This document shows, in pieces, positions 42,202 through 51,898 of a stretch of 56,387 nt of DNA (its first letter is position 1; every line of letters starts with the position of its first letter). The stretch covers positions 1 through 56,387 of the forward strand of contig DAOORA010000023.1 of NCBI GenBank assembly GCA_035389045.1. Reading direction: 5' to 3'. The notes under the pieces were generated by a model. It was not told the origin of the DNA. It did not search any database and saw nothing but the letters and a program-made list of their open reading frames with translations. The DNA comes from Bacteroidales bacterium. Lineage in GTDB: Bacteria > Bacteroidota > Bacteroidia > Bacteroidales > CAIWKO01. Made by a program: the position numbers and the translations under genes.

Positions 42202-44133
42202 ATGGCGGGCAAGACTGAGAAAAAAACACATGTTCCATCACAGAAGAAAAGAAACCGCGGAGATACCGGAGTTCGAAAAAGTTCTTTTCAGATACCTTCC
42301 CGGGCTTTATACGCCTTACTGGTTGTAACGGCAATCATATATACCCGTGCATTATTCAATGGTTTTGCCAGCCTCGACGACGATGATTACCTCTTCAAAA
42401 ACCCTTATATCAAGGATTTCAGTTTCGATGCCATAAAATCTATATTTTCTTCTTTTTATACCGGTAATTATCACCCGCTGACCACCCTTACGTATTTGTT
42501 TGAACTCCATATTTATGGATTGAAACCATTTCCGTATCATCTGTTGAATGTATTGCTGCACCTGGCCAATGCATGGCTGGTTTATAAACTTGCTGAAAAG
42601 CTCAGCGGAACAAGGCTGACCGCACTGCTGGTGTCGGCTTTGTTCGCCCTGCACCCCATGCACGTTGAGTCGGTGGCATGGATCTCTGAACGCAAAGATG
42701 TGCTGTATACTTTTTTTTACCTGGCCTCACTGCTGGCTTACCTTGACTACCTGAAATCAGATCTTAACAAGAAACATTACATGGTCAGCCTGCTGCTTTT
42801 TTTGTTATCACTGTTATCAAAATCTGCTGCAGTCACCCTGCCTGCGCTCATGATCGCCATTGACTTTTATAAATCCAGGAAACCCGGTGTAAAAATGTTT
42901 GTTGAAAAGATACCCTTCGTGGCGCTTTCGTTGTTGTTCGGGATACTGGCCCTGTTTTCACAGCAAGGGGCTATAAAAGAAGTGTCGGCAATTTTTACTT
43001 TTTTTGAACGGATTTTTTTATTTACCTATGCTCTTGCTTTTTACCTGGTCAAAATCATCCTTCCGGTAAAGCTGTCGGCCATGCACTATTATCCGGAGAC
43101 ACACGGCGCCCCCCTGCCCTGGTATTATTATGCTTCATTGCCTTTGCTGTTGTTACTGATCTGGCTGGTGGTGAGAAAAACAGGTTTTTCACGCGAAAAG
43201 CTTTTCGGCGCTTCCTTTTTCCTCATTGTTATCTCCATCATGCTGCAGTTAATTCCTGTCGGAAATGCCATCACGGCTGAACGTTATACCTATGTATCAT
43301 ACATAGGGGTGTTTTATATTGCAGGTCAATGGTTATCGCATCTTCAAAAAGAATCCCTCCGGAAAGCCGCTCTTATAGGGTTCGGAGTCTTTTTACTGGC
43401 TATCTCTTTACTGACATGGAACCGTATCAAAGTTTGGGAAAACGGCAATACCCTTTTCACGGATATCATAAAAAAATATCCCGACAGTTATGTGGCCTGG
43501 TGGATGCGCGGGAATTACAAAAACGAACTGAAAGACTACCAGGGAGCTTTGCAGGATTATAATAAAACCCTTCAGCTATATCCTTACTTTGATCAGTGCC
43601 TGACTAACCGGGGACATATCTTAAATGAGTTAAAAGACTACAAGGCTGCCCTGCGCGATCTGGATCTTGCCATCCAGCTTGACTCTACGGTGGCAGAAAC
43701 ATTTAACAACCGCGGTATGGCCTACGACGGGCTGAGGGACACTGCAGCAGCCATGAAAGATTACAACAAAGCCATCCTGCTTAATCCCGAACTGCAGAAA
43801 GCGTACAACAACAGAGGCGTTCTGAAAGCGACCATAGGGAACCTGCAAAGTGCAATCACAGATATTAATAAGGCCATCAGCCTGAAACCCGACGACGGCG
43901 AAGCATACAGCAACCGCGCCAACATCAGGGCCATGATGAAAGATTTTAAAGGCTCCTTTGATGATTACAGCATCGCCTTACAATATAATCCCAAAGACGA
44001 TATCGTGCTGTTCAACCGGGGGCTGACACGCCTCAACCTGAATGACACCGCGGGCGCCTGTGAAGATATGAACCAATCACTCAGCTACGGAAACAAAATT
44101 GCCGGCGAAGTGATCAGCGCATTATGTAAGTAA
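42202..44133 (+). CDS. TMTC-like GT-C + TPR protein, copy 10
   Basis: SLDDDDY, YHPLT, HPMHVESVAWISERKD, AERYTY, 6 TPRs. Confidence 0.85.
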   Translation: MAGKTEKKTHVPSQKKRNRGDTGVRKSSFQIPSRALYALLVVTAIIYTRALFNGFASLDDDDYLFKNPYIKDFSFDAIKSIFSSFYTGNYHPLTTLTYLFELHIYGLKPFPYHLLNVLLHLANAWLVYKLAEKLSGTRLTALLVSALFALHPMHVESVAWISERKDVLYTFFYLASLLAYLDYLKSDLNKKHYMVSLLLFLLSLLSKSAAVTLPALMIAIDFYKSRKPGVKMFVEKIPFVALSLLFGILALFSQQGAIKEVSAIFTFFERIFLFTYALAFYLVKIILPVKLSAMHYYPETHGAPLPWYYYASLPLLLLLIWLVVRKTGFSREKLFGASFFLIVISIMLQLIPVGNAITAERYTYVSYIGVFYIAGQWLSHLQKESLRKAALIGFGVFLLAISLLTWNRIKVWENGNTLFTDIIKKYPDSYVAWWMRGNYKNELKDYQGALQDYNKTLQLYPYFDQCLTNRGHILNELKDYKAALRDLDLAIQLDSTVAETFNNRGMAYDGLRDTAAAMKDYNKAILLNPELQKAYNNRGVLKATIGNLQSAITDINKAISLKPDDGEAYSNRANIRAMMKDFKGSFDDYSIALQYNPKDDIVLFNRGLTRLNLNDTAGACEDMNQSLSYGNKIAGEVISALCK

Positions 44134-44364
44134 TAGTTATACCGATATAGTAGCTGTTGACTTTCAAAGTGCAAATGTACTATTTGACGTCTAATACTGG
44201 TACCTCATCGGTATAAAGAGATTTTATATAATCAGTTTTGCTAATTGTAATCATAATAAATTCCTGATTAACAAAATGTAATGAACAAAATCATTATAAC
44301 CTTACTATTCGGGTTATACTCCCTTCCGGGCACGTTCGATACATCATTACTTCTTTAGAATTTC

Positions 44365-44420
44365 TTTATATTCCCTGGATAAATCTTTATAAAACACTTA
44401 TAAGTTCCACAGTAATTTTG
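44365..44420 (+). promoter_or_regulatory. Putative KdpE-binding direct repeats and Bacteroidota -7 promoter box
   Basis: TTTATA (44365), TGGATA (44376), TTTATA (44386), CTTATA (44397) at 10-11-bp spacing, then TAATTTTG (44413-44420) just upstream of kdpF. Confidence 0.6.
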
Positions 44421-44443
44421 TATAGGTGTTAAATGATAAGGAT

Positions 44444-44572
44444 ATGAAAGCATCTTTTTTATTCATGATCTTGGAAACAAACAGCTCACTGGGATATTTT
44501 GCCGGTGCTGTAATCGCTGCATTAATATTTGGTTACCTGATTTACACTCTTATAAAACCAGAGAAATTTTAA
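44444..44572 (+). CDS. kdpF: K+-transporting ATPase subunit F (absent from ORF track)
   Basis: MKASFLFMILETNSSLGYFAGAVIAALIFGYLIYTLIKPEKF*; hydrophobic helix and the characteristic YL.Y.L..PEKF terminus, first gene of the kdp operon. Confidence 0.9.
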   Translation: MKASFLFMILETNSSLGYFAGAVIAALIFGYLIYTLIKPEKF

Positions 44573-44583
44573 TCAATGTAAGT

Positions 44584-44739
44584 ATGGAAACTCTTTTGAT
44601 TTTGACAAAGTTTTTTGGAGGTATCATCCTGTTGTTTGTGATAGGTTGGCTGATCGGTCATTTCCTGAAACTTGATAAAATATATGAAGAAACTCAAAGT
44701 GAGTTGAAATCAAAAAACCGTAAAAAATACCATGTATGA
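44584..44739 (+). CDS. 51-aa single-TM protein between kdpF and kdpA (absent from ORF track)
   Basis: METLLILTKFFGGIILLFVIGWLIGHFLKLDKIYEETQSELKSKNRKKYHV*; starts 11 nt after kdpF stop, ends 1 nt before ATG 44741. Confidence 0.65.
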   Translation: METLLILTKFFGGIILLFVIGWLIGHFLKLDKIYEETQSELKSKNRKKYHV

Positions 44740-44740
44740 T

Positions 44741-46435
44741 ATGTTCACAATATTTGATTTTATAGAGATTTTCTTGTTTTTGGGCGTATTGATTTTTTTA
44801 ACACCCATTCTAGGAAATTACATGTATAAAGTATTTGCTGGCAAAAATCATATGATGAAACCCGTTTTGGGGTGGCTTGAAAAATTGACTTATCGTTTTA
44901 GCGGAGTAAACCCTGAGGAAGAAACGAATTGGAAAAGTTACCTCTTTAGCTTGCTGTTGTTTAATTTAATCGGTTTTGTTTTTTTATTTCTCATACAATT
45001 ATTTCAGTCGTACTTACCCTTGAATCCGGCACACAGTGGCAATGTCAACTGGCATTCGGCATTCAATACTGCCATCAGCTTTGTAACCAATACAAACTGG
45101 CAGGGATATGCGGGAGAAACAACGCTGAGTTATTTAGTTCAGATGATTGGATTAACCGTGCAGAACTTTGTTAGCGCTGCAACAGGAATTGCCGTATTAT
45201 TAGCCATTATCAGAGGATTGACCCGACAAAATACCGAAAAACTCGGAAACTTCTGGACTGATTTAACGCGGTCCACATTGTACATTCTATTGCCTTTATC
45301 TATTGTTATTGCCATTATTTTAACCGGACAAGGCGTTGTCCAGAATTATAAAACTTATGAAACTGTTTATACACTGGAAGGAAACCAGCAAATGATTCCG
45401 ATGGGACCGGCGGCTTCCCAAATTGCTATTAAGCAATTGGGCACCAATGGAGGTGGTTTTTTCAATTCTAATAGTTCTCACCCATTTGAAAACCCCACCC
45501 CGCTTTCAAATTTTATTGAAATGCTGTTAATTCTTCTTATTCCCGCATCACTGACATTTACTTACGGCAAAATGATTGGTTCTGCCCGTCATGGCTGGAC
45601 TATATTTTCGGCAATGCTGATCCTATTGATGGCCGGATTAGGTATATCATTATTTGCCGAGTACGCTGCAAACCCTGTTTTCGGCCACCTATCACTGATG
45701 GAAGGCAAAGAAACACGCATTGGGATTACCGGCAGTATTCTTTGGACAACTTCAACAAGTGCAGCTTCAAGCGGTTCTGTAAATGCTATGCACGACAGTT
45801 TGTCTCCATTAGCCGGAATGGTTGCTATGCTGAACATCATGACGGGAGAAGTTATTTTTGGCGGAGTAGGTTCAGGATTGTACGGAATGATAATTTTCAT
45901 TATTCTTACTGTTTTTATTGCAGGGCTGATGGTGGGTCGTACCCCCGAATACCGGGGCAAAAAAATTGAGGCCTATGAAGTCCAGATGGCAATAATTGCA
46001 ATACTTGCACCTGGTGCTGTCATATTACTCTTTTCTGCCTGGGCATCCCTAAGCAGCTATGGGTTATCAAGTCTTAACAATCCCGGGGCACACGGTTTTT
46101 CCGAAATACTATATGCATACAGCTCAGCAGCAGGCAACAACGGTAGTGCTTTTGCCGGATTAAATGCAAATACTGTTTTTTACAACCTTACATTGGGTTT
46201 GGGAATGTTGATAGGTCGTTTTGGCGTTATCATCCCGGTATTGGCCATTGCCGGAAGCATAGCCAAAAAGAAAACCATCCCGTCCTCTGCGGGCACCTTC
46301 CGTACGGATAATTTTTTGTTTGTGGGTTTGTTAATCGCTGTCATCATCATTGTCGGAGGTCTGACATTCTTCCCCTCCCTGTCGCTGGGACCGCTCATCG
46401 AGCACCTGCTTATGAATAAAGGAATAATCTTATGA
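44741..46435 (+). CDS. kdpA: K+-transporting ATPase subunit A
   Basis: SFVTNTNWQ.Y.GE, KQLGTNGGG, SGSVNAMHDS, GLMVGRTPEY, AGNNGSAFAG; alternative start 44732. Confidence 0.97.
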   Translation: MFTIFDFIEIFLFLGVLIFLTPILGNYMYKVFAGKNHMMKPVLGWLEKLTYRFSGVNPEEETNWKSYLFSLLLFNLIGFVFLFLIQLFQSYLPLNPAHSGNVNWHSAFNTAISFVTNTNWQGYAGETTLSYLVQMIGLTVQNFVSAATGIAVLLAIIRGLTRQNTEKLGNFWTDLTRSTLYILLPLSIVIAIILTGQGVVQNYKTYETVYTLEGNQQMIPMGPAASQIAIKQLGTNGGGFFNSNSSHPFENPTPLSNFIEMLLILLIPASLTFTYGKMIGSARHGWTIFSAMLILLMAGLGISLFAEYAANPVFGHLSLMEGKETRIGITGSILWTTSTSAASSGSVNAMHDSLSPLAGMVAMLNIMTGEVIFGGVGSGLYGMIIFIILTVFIAGLMVGRTPEYRGKKIEAYEVQMAIIAILAPGAVILLFSAWASLSSYGLSSLNNPGAHGFSEILYAYSSAAGNNGSAFAGLNANTVFYNLTLGLGMLIGRFGVIIPVLAIAGSIAKKKTIPSSAGTFRTDNFLFVGLLIAVIIIVGGLTFFPSLSLGPLIEHLLMNKGIIL

Positions 46436-46447
46436 TATCAGGATACC

Positions 46448-48526
46448 ATGAATATAAAACAAAATACCAGTCTCTTACATAAATCAATACTGTTAAAAGC
46501 TGCAAAAGAAAGCCTTATAAAACTGAATCCGGTATTGTTAATCAAAAATCCTGTGATTTTCATTGTGGCAGTGGGTTCTTTGCTTACGACCCTCGCCGTG
46601 CTTTTTGAGGTTTTTAATGGATCTTTTTCATCCTTTAACTTTCAAATTTCTATATGGCTTTGGGTCACGGTATTGTTTGCCAATTTTTCTGAAGCTATTG
46701 CCGAAGGAAGGGGTAAAGCGCAAGCCGAAACGTTAAGAAAAAACCGGACCCAGACAAAAGCCCGGAAAATGGTTGGTAAACATGAACACACTGTGTTTGC
46801 TTCTGAACTTAAAAAAGGCGATATTGTTGTTTGTGAGGCAGGCGATGTAATACCCTCCGATGGCGAAGTCATTGAAGGAGTGGCAAGCGTCGACGAATCT
46901 GCAATTACAGGCGAATCTGCCCCTGTTATCAGAGAAAGCGGAGGCGACCGTTCAGCGGTGACCGGCGGAACCAGGGTTATCAGCGACCGCATAATTATTC
47001 AAATTACAGCCGAACCGGGCAACACATTTATCGACCATATGATTGCTTTGGTTGAAGGAGCCAAAAGACAGAAAACGCCGAACGAAATAGCTCTTTCTAT
47101 CTTACTTTCGGGATTATCCATCGTGTTTTTATTAGCCGTAGTCACGCTTCCGGCATTTTTCCATTATAGTCTTACTGCGTCAGGTTTGCCATTATCACAA
47201 AACTTAACGCTTCCGGTTTTGATAGCATTATTGGTGTGTTTAATTCCGACTACGATCGGAGGATTGCTGAGTGCAATTGGTATCAGCGGCATGGACAGGC
47301 TTCTGCAGCGAAATGTCATTGCCACGAGTGGCCGCGCTGTTGAAGCTGCCGGGGATGTTGACGTGCTTTTGCTTGATAAAACAGGGACAATTACTTTAGG
47401 TAACCGCATGGCCTCCGATTTTATACCCGCCGAAGGTGTCAGTATTTCAGAACTTGCCGATTTTGCGCAACTTTCATCACTATCCGATGAAACACCCGAA
47501 GGCCGGTCCATTGTGGTATTGGCAAAAGAAAAATTCAATATCCGTGAACGGGATGTAAACTCCTTGCATGCTTCATTTATTCCGTTCACAGCACAATCCC
47601 GTATGAGCGGCGTTGATATAAAAACAAAAAGCGGGCAAATACATCGGATTCGCAAAGGTTCTTCGGAAGCAATACAGGCATTTGTACTCAATAATAATGG
47701 TTTTTATCCTCAAAAAATTCAGGACACCGTTACGGCTTTATCACAACAGGGGGCTACACCTTTGGTTGTTGCCCGGGACAATAAGGTACTTGGAGTGGTC
47801 CATCTTAAGGATATTGTAAAAGGCGGCATAAAACAACGATTTGCAGAATTGCGAAAAATGGGTATAAAAACCGTAATGATTACGGGCGACAATTCACTAA
47901 CAGCAGCAGCAATTGCAGCCGAAGCAGGCGTCGACGACTTTATGGCCGAAGCAAAACCCGAAGACAAATTGCGCCGTATCCGAGAAGAACAGGCTAACGG
48001 CCATTTAGTTGGCATGATCGGCGACGGTACAAACGACGCCCCGGCATTGGCTCAGGCTGACATTGGCATTGCCATGAATTCAGGAACACAGGCCGCCCGT
48101 GAAGCCGGAAATATGATTGACCTGGATAGTAATCCTACTAAATTAATTGAAGTTGTAGAAGTCGGAAAACAATTACTTATGACCCGCGGCTCGCTGACGA
48201 CGTTCAGTATTGCGAACGATGTGGCCAAGTATTTTGCTATTATTCCGGCAATTGCAATATCGCTGTATTCAGGCGGCTCTGGCACGGGGCCTCTGTCCGC
48301 ACTAAATATCATGCACCTTGGTTCGCCTCAAAGTGCTATCCTTAGTGCTGTAATATTCAACGCGATTATCATCATTCTTCTGGTTCCATTAGCATTAAGA
48401 GGCGTTCGTTATCGGCCGGTATCGGCAAATAATGCACTTGCCCGAAACCTGCTGATTTTTGGATTAGGCGGGCTAATTATTCCATTTATCGGGATAAAAA
48501 TAATTGACCTTTTACTTAACTTTTAA
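46448..48526 (+). CDS. kdpB: K+-transporting P-type ATPase subunit B
   Basis: [58 protein letters not shown]. Confidence 0.98.
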   Translation: MNIKQNTSLLHKSILLKAAKESLIKLNPVLLIKNPVIFIVAVGSLLTTLAVLFEVFNGSFSSFNFQISIWLWVTVLFANFSEAIAEGRGKAQAETLRKNRTQTKARKMVGKHEHTVFASELKKGDIVVCEAGDVIPSDGEVIEGVASVDESAITGESAPVIRESGGDRSAVTGGTRVISDRIIIQITAEPGNTFIDHMIALVEGAKRQKTPNEIALSILLSGLSIVFLLAVVTLPAFFHYSLTASGLPLSQNLTLPVLIALLVCLIPTTIGGLLSAIGISGMDRLLQRNVIATSGRAVEAAGDVDVLLLDKTGTITLGNRMASDFIPAEGVSISELADFAQLSSLSDETPEGRSIVVLAKEKFNIRERDVNSLHASFIPFTAQSRMSGVDIKTKSGQIHRIRKGSSEAIQAFVLNNNGFYPQKIQDTVTALSQQGATPLVVARDNKVLGVVHLKDIVKGGIKQRFAELRKMGIKTVMITGDNSLTAAAIAAEAGVDDFMAEAKPEDKLRRIREEQANGHLVGMIGDGTNDAPALAQADIGIAMNSGTQAAREAGNMIDLDSNPTKLIEVVEVGKQLLMTRGSLTTFSIANDVAKYFAIIPAIAISLYSGGSGTGPLSALNIMHLGSPQSAILSAVIFNAIIIILLVPLALRGVRYRPVSANNALARNLLIFGLGGLIIPFIGIKIIDLLLNF

Positions 48527-48638
48527 TATGAAGATAAATCTTGTTGTTATTTTTAAGGGTATTTAACGACACTGACTATAAATAATAAGTTTGAATGAAA
48601 TGACACCACCAAAAAACTGTGAAAAAACAACATCCAAA

Positions 48639-49211
48639 ATGAAAACGTTATTAATATCGATAAAAATATTCCTGCTTTTTATGGTGCTGACGGGTATTCT
48701 TTATCCGCTTTTTATTACTGGAATTGCACAGCTTTTATTTCCTTCAAAGGCAAACGGGAGCCTGATACTCAGAGACAACAAAATTATTGGCAGTGAACTT
48801 ATCGGCCAACAATTCGACAGCACGATATATTTCACTTCCCGCCCTTCTGCAATAGGATATAACCCCTTGCCTTCAGGCGGCTCAAATTATGGATTGACGA
48901 ATTCCGTACTAAAACAGCAGGTAAATAAACGGAGGCAACAGTTTATTCAAAACAATCTGTTAGATAGTGTAACCGATATTCCGGCTGAAATGTTATTTGC
49001 TTCTGCAAGCGGGCTTGACCCTCATATTTCAAAACAGGCTGCTATGCTGCAGGCAGATCGTGTAGCAAAAGCCCGGGAATTCAACGAAGTGCAAAAACAA
49101 CAACTTTTTTCCTGTCTGAATAACTTAACAGAAACTCCCATGATTTTGGGCCCCGGAACAGAAAAAGTTAATGTTTTATTGCTTAATTTAGAGGTCGATA
49201 AAATAAAATGA
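48639..49211 (+). CDS. kdpC: K+-transporting ATPase subunit C
   Basis: LTGILYP, ANGSL, GSELIGQ.F, SRPSA, SGGSNYG, ASASGLDPHIS, VNVLLLNL; likely start MKTLL at 48639. Confidence 0.95.
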   Translation: MKTLLISIKIFLLFMVLTGILYPLFITGIAQLLFPSKANGSLILRDNKIIGSELIGQQFDSTIYFTSRPSAIGYNPLPSGGSNYGLTNSVLKQQVNKRRQQFIQNNLLDSVTDIPAEMLFASASGLDPHISKQAAMLQADRVAKAREFNEVQKQQLFSCLNNLTETPMILGPGTEKVNVLLLNLEVDKIK

Positions 49212-51898
49212 ACGGTTTTGATGATAATCGCCCCAGTCCCGATGAACTTTTAGCTTCTCTTTTAAACGAAGAAGAAAAAAGCAAACGGGGAAAGCTGAAA
49301 ATATTCTTTGGCATGTGCGCCGGTGTGGGCAAAACATACACCATGCTGCAAGCTGCAAAAACCGAAAAGTCAAAAGGCATTGATATTATTATCGGCTATA
49401 TTGAAACCCATGACCGGAAAGAAACAGCAATTCTGGCTGAAGGGTTTGAAATGATATCACGAAAATCTTACGAGTATAAATATACATCCGTGCAGGAAAT
49501 GGATTTAGACGCCATAATTGCCCGTAAACCACAAATTGTTTTAGTCGATGAACTGGCTCATACCAATGCCCCGGGTAGCAGGCACACAAAAAGGTATCAG
49601 GATGTTTTGGAATTACTCGAATATGGCATCAATGTATATACGACCTTGAATGTTCAGCATCTCGAAAGCCGTTCGGAAACAGTTGCTCAGATTACGGGAA
49701 TCATTGTACGTGAAACCCTGCCCGATGATGTTTTTGAAAATGCTGATGAAGTTGAACTGATCGACCTTACCCCCGGCGAATTATTGCAACGCCTTTCCGA
49801 AGGGAAAGTATATACACAGGAACGTTCAAGGGAAGCCATTGAAAACTTCTTCCGCCGGGGCAACATCACAGCACTGCGTGAAATGGCTCTGCGTATTGTA
49901 GCCGACCGTGTCGATAAGCAACTGTATGATTATATGCAGCACAAACGCATACGCGGGCCATGGAAATCGGGAATGCACCTACTTGTGGCCATCGGATATA
50001 GTCCATACTCTGCCCGTTTATTGCGCTGGGCAAAGAATCTCGCTTATTCGATGGGGGCACAGATTCAAGCCTTATATGTTGAAAAAAATGTTAACCTCAG
50101 TGATCAGCAAAGAGAACAACTTGATAAAAACATTAATCTCGCAAAACAGCTCGGAATAAAGGTTCGGATCACTACAAATAATGATCTGGTAAAAGCTATT
50201 ATTGATTTTTCTTATAAAGAAAATATATCTCACATCATTGTAGGCAAACCTGGTGTTCAAAATATTTATACAAGGTTTCGGCTCAATAGCTTTGTCACCA
50301 GGCTTATCAGACTTAGCGGGAATATAGATGTTTACATCCTTGGTTCTGACAAAAAGGACAATAATAATTATAAAAGGAACGTTTCCTTACCTTCTTTTAC
50401 ATCAGGATACAAGCAATATTTCATTGTAAGTATCTTCGTCATCCTTTCTTCAGCTCTATGCTATTTGGTTAAAGACCTGATAGGTTATCAGGCAGTTTCT
50501 TTTGCATTGCTGTTTCTCATTTCTATTCTGGCAATTTTTTTTGGCACAGGGCCGATATTGCTTGCATCAATTTTAAGTGCCCTTATCTGGGATGTTTTTT
50601 TCATTCCCCCTCAATTTACCCTGCATATCGAAAACCCTTTAGATGTGCTGATGCTGATAATGTTTTTTATTATCGCACTTATAAATGGAATTTTAACTTC
50701 CAGGGTGAGGCGGCAGGAATATAAAATACGGGTTCGGGAAGAAAGGACAAATGCTCTGTATCAGTTAACCAAAGACCTTGCAATTATTTCCGGTTTGGAA
50801 GATGTAACCCGTGTTGCTTCAAATTATATCCAAAGGTATTTTAAATGGAATTGTTTTATTTTTATTAAAAATGATCACGGCTTACTTGAATATCAATCAA
50901 AAAATAGTTCGGAAAATATTTTTTCAGATAATGATTTGAGTATTGCCGACTGGGTTTTTAAAAACTCCATTAAAGCAGGTAAAAATACAGATACCCTGCC
51001 GTCGAGCGATTACACCTTTTTCCCTTTAATGGGCAACAACCAAACTATAGGGGTAATCGCTGTTAAACAATCCACCCTGTTCACTTATGGCGAAGAACAG
51101 TTTTGGGAAGCTTGTTTAGCTCAGATAACAGGCAAATATGAACGGGAACTGTTGCGCGATGCAGCAAAAAGGACATACATCATCAGTGAATCCGAAAAAT
51201 TGTATAAGATTCTTTTTAATTCCTTATCTCACGAACTTCGTATTCCTGTAGCTACCATCTTAGGGGCTTCTGATACATTGATTGCACAGGAATACCCGGA
51301 AAAAACGCGAAAAAAACTTTACCATGAAATAAACACCGCATCAATACGGCTCAACAGGCTTATCGAAAACCTTCTGAATATGTCGAGACTCGAATCAGGC
51401 CTTATTACCCCTCATCTTGTCTGGTGCGATATTCACGACCTTGCAAACAGGGTGACGGATTCACTGGAAACCGAGTTAAAACCTTTTAAACTTTCAATTA
51501 TTGTTCCTTCCAATATGCCGTTGGTCAGTATTGATTTTGGCCTGATGGAGCAGGTTTTGCATAATCTTGTACTGAATTCCATTCAACATTCACCCGTGGG
51601 TAGTTTGATCAGAGTGAAATTTTTTCTTGATAATGGTTTTCTTACCATACAGGTCATGGACAGTGGTCTGGGTTTCTCCCCGGCAGATATTCCATCGGTA
51701 TTTAACAAATTTTATCGGGGTAAGGATGCAAAAGCCGGAGGTATTGGGTTAGGATTATCTATTGTAAAAGGTTTTGTTGAGGCACATAAAGGTACTGTCG
51801 TAGTTGAAAACCGTCGAAATGGTGGTGCATTATTTACCATAAAAATTCCTGTGGAAATCTCCGATATTAATACAATAAATCAAATACATCAAGGATGA
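49208..51898 (+). CDS. kdpD: Sensor histidine kinase KdpD (full length)
   Basis: RGKLKIFFG.CAGVGKTY.ML, LVDELAHTN, USP domain, 4 TM helices, GAF region, SHELRIP H-box, GIGLGL G2 box. Confidence 0.97.
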   Translation: MNGFDDNRPSPDELLASLLNEEEKSKRGKLKIFFGMCAGVGKTYTMLQAAKTEKSKGIDIIIGYIETHDRKETAILAEGFEMISRKSYEYKYTSVQEMDLDAIIARKPQIVLVDELAHTNAPGSRHTKRYQDVLELLEYGINVYTTLNVQHLESRSETVAQITGIIVRETLPDDVFENADEVELIDLTPGELLQRLSEGKVYTQERSREAIENFFRRGNITALREMALRIVADRVDKQLYDYMQHKRIRGPWKSGMHLLVAIGYSPYSARLLRWAKNLAYSMGAQIQALYVEKNVNLSDQQREQLDKNINLAKQLGIKVRITTNNDLVKAIIDFSYKENISHIIVGKPGVQNIYTRFRLNSFVTRLIRLSGNIDVYILGSDKKDNNNYKRNVSLPSFTSGYKQYFIVSIFVILSSALCYLVKDLIGYQAVSFALLFLISILAIFFGTGPILLASILSALIWDVFFIPPQFTLHIENPLDVLMLIMFFIIALINGILTSRVRRQEYKIRVREERTNALYQLTKDLAIISGLEDVTRVASNYIQRYFKWNCFIFIKNDHGLLEYQSKNSSENIFSDNDLSIADWVFKNSIKAGKNTDTLPSSDYTFFPLMGNNQTIGVIAVKQSTLFTYGEEQFWEACLAQITGKYERELLRDAAKRTYIISESEKLYKILFNSLSHELRIPVATILGASDTLIAQEYPEKTRKKLYHEINTASIRLNRLIENLLNMSRLESGLITPHLVWCDIHDLANRVTDSLETELKPFKLSIIVPSNMPLVSIDFGLMEQVLHNLVLNSIQHSPVGSLIRVKFFLDNGFLTIQVMDSGLGFSPADIPSVFNKFYRGKDAKAGGIGLGLSIVKGFVEAHKGTVVVENRRNGGALFTIKIPVEISDINTINQIHQG

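Noticed and set aside
23013..44133. Assembly artefact or diversity-generating retroelement behind the repeated genes
   Set aside because: Copies differ at many synonymous and non-synonymous sites along their whole length, and there is no reverse transcriptase or adenine-specific template/variable repeat pair
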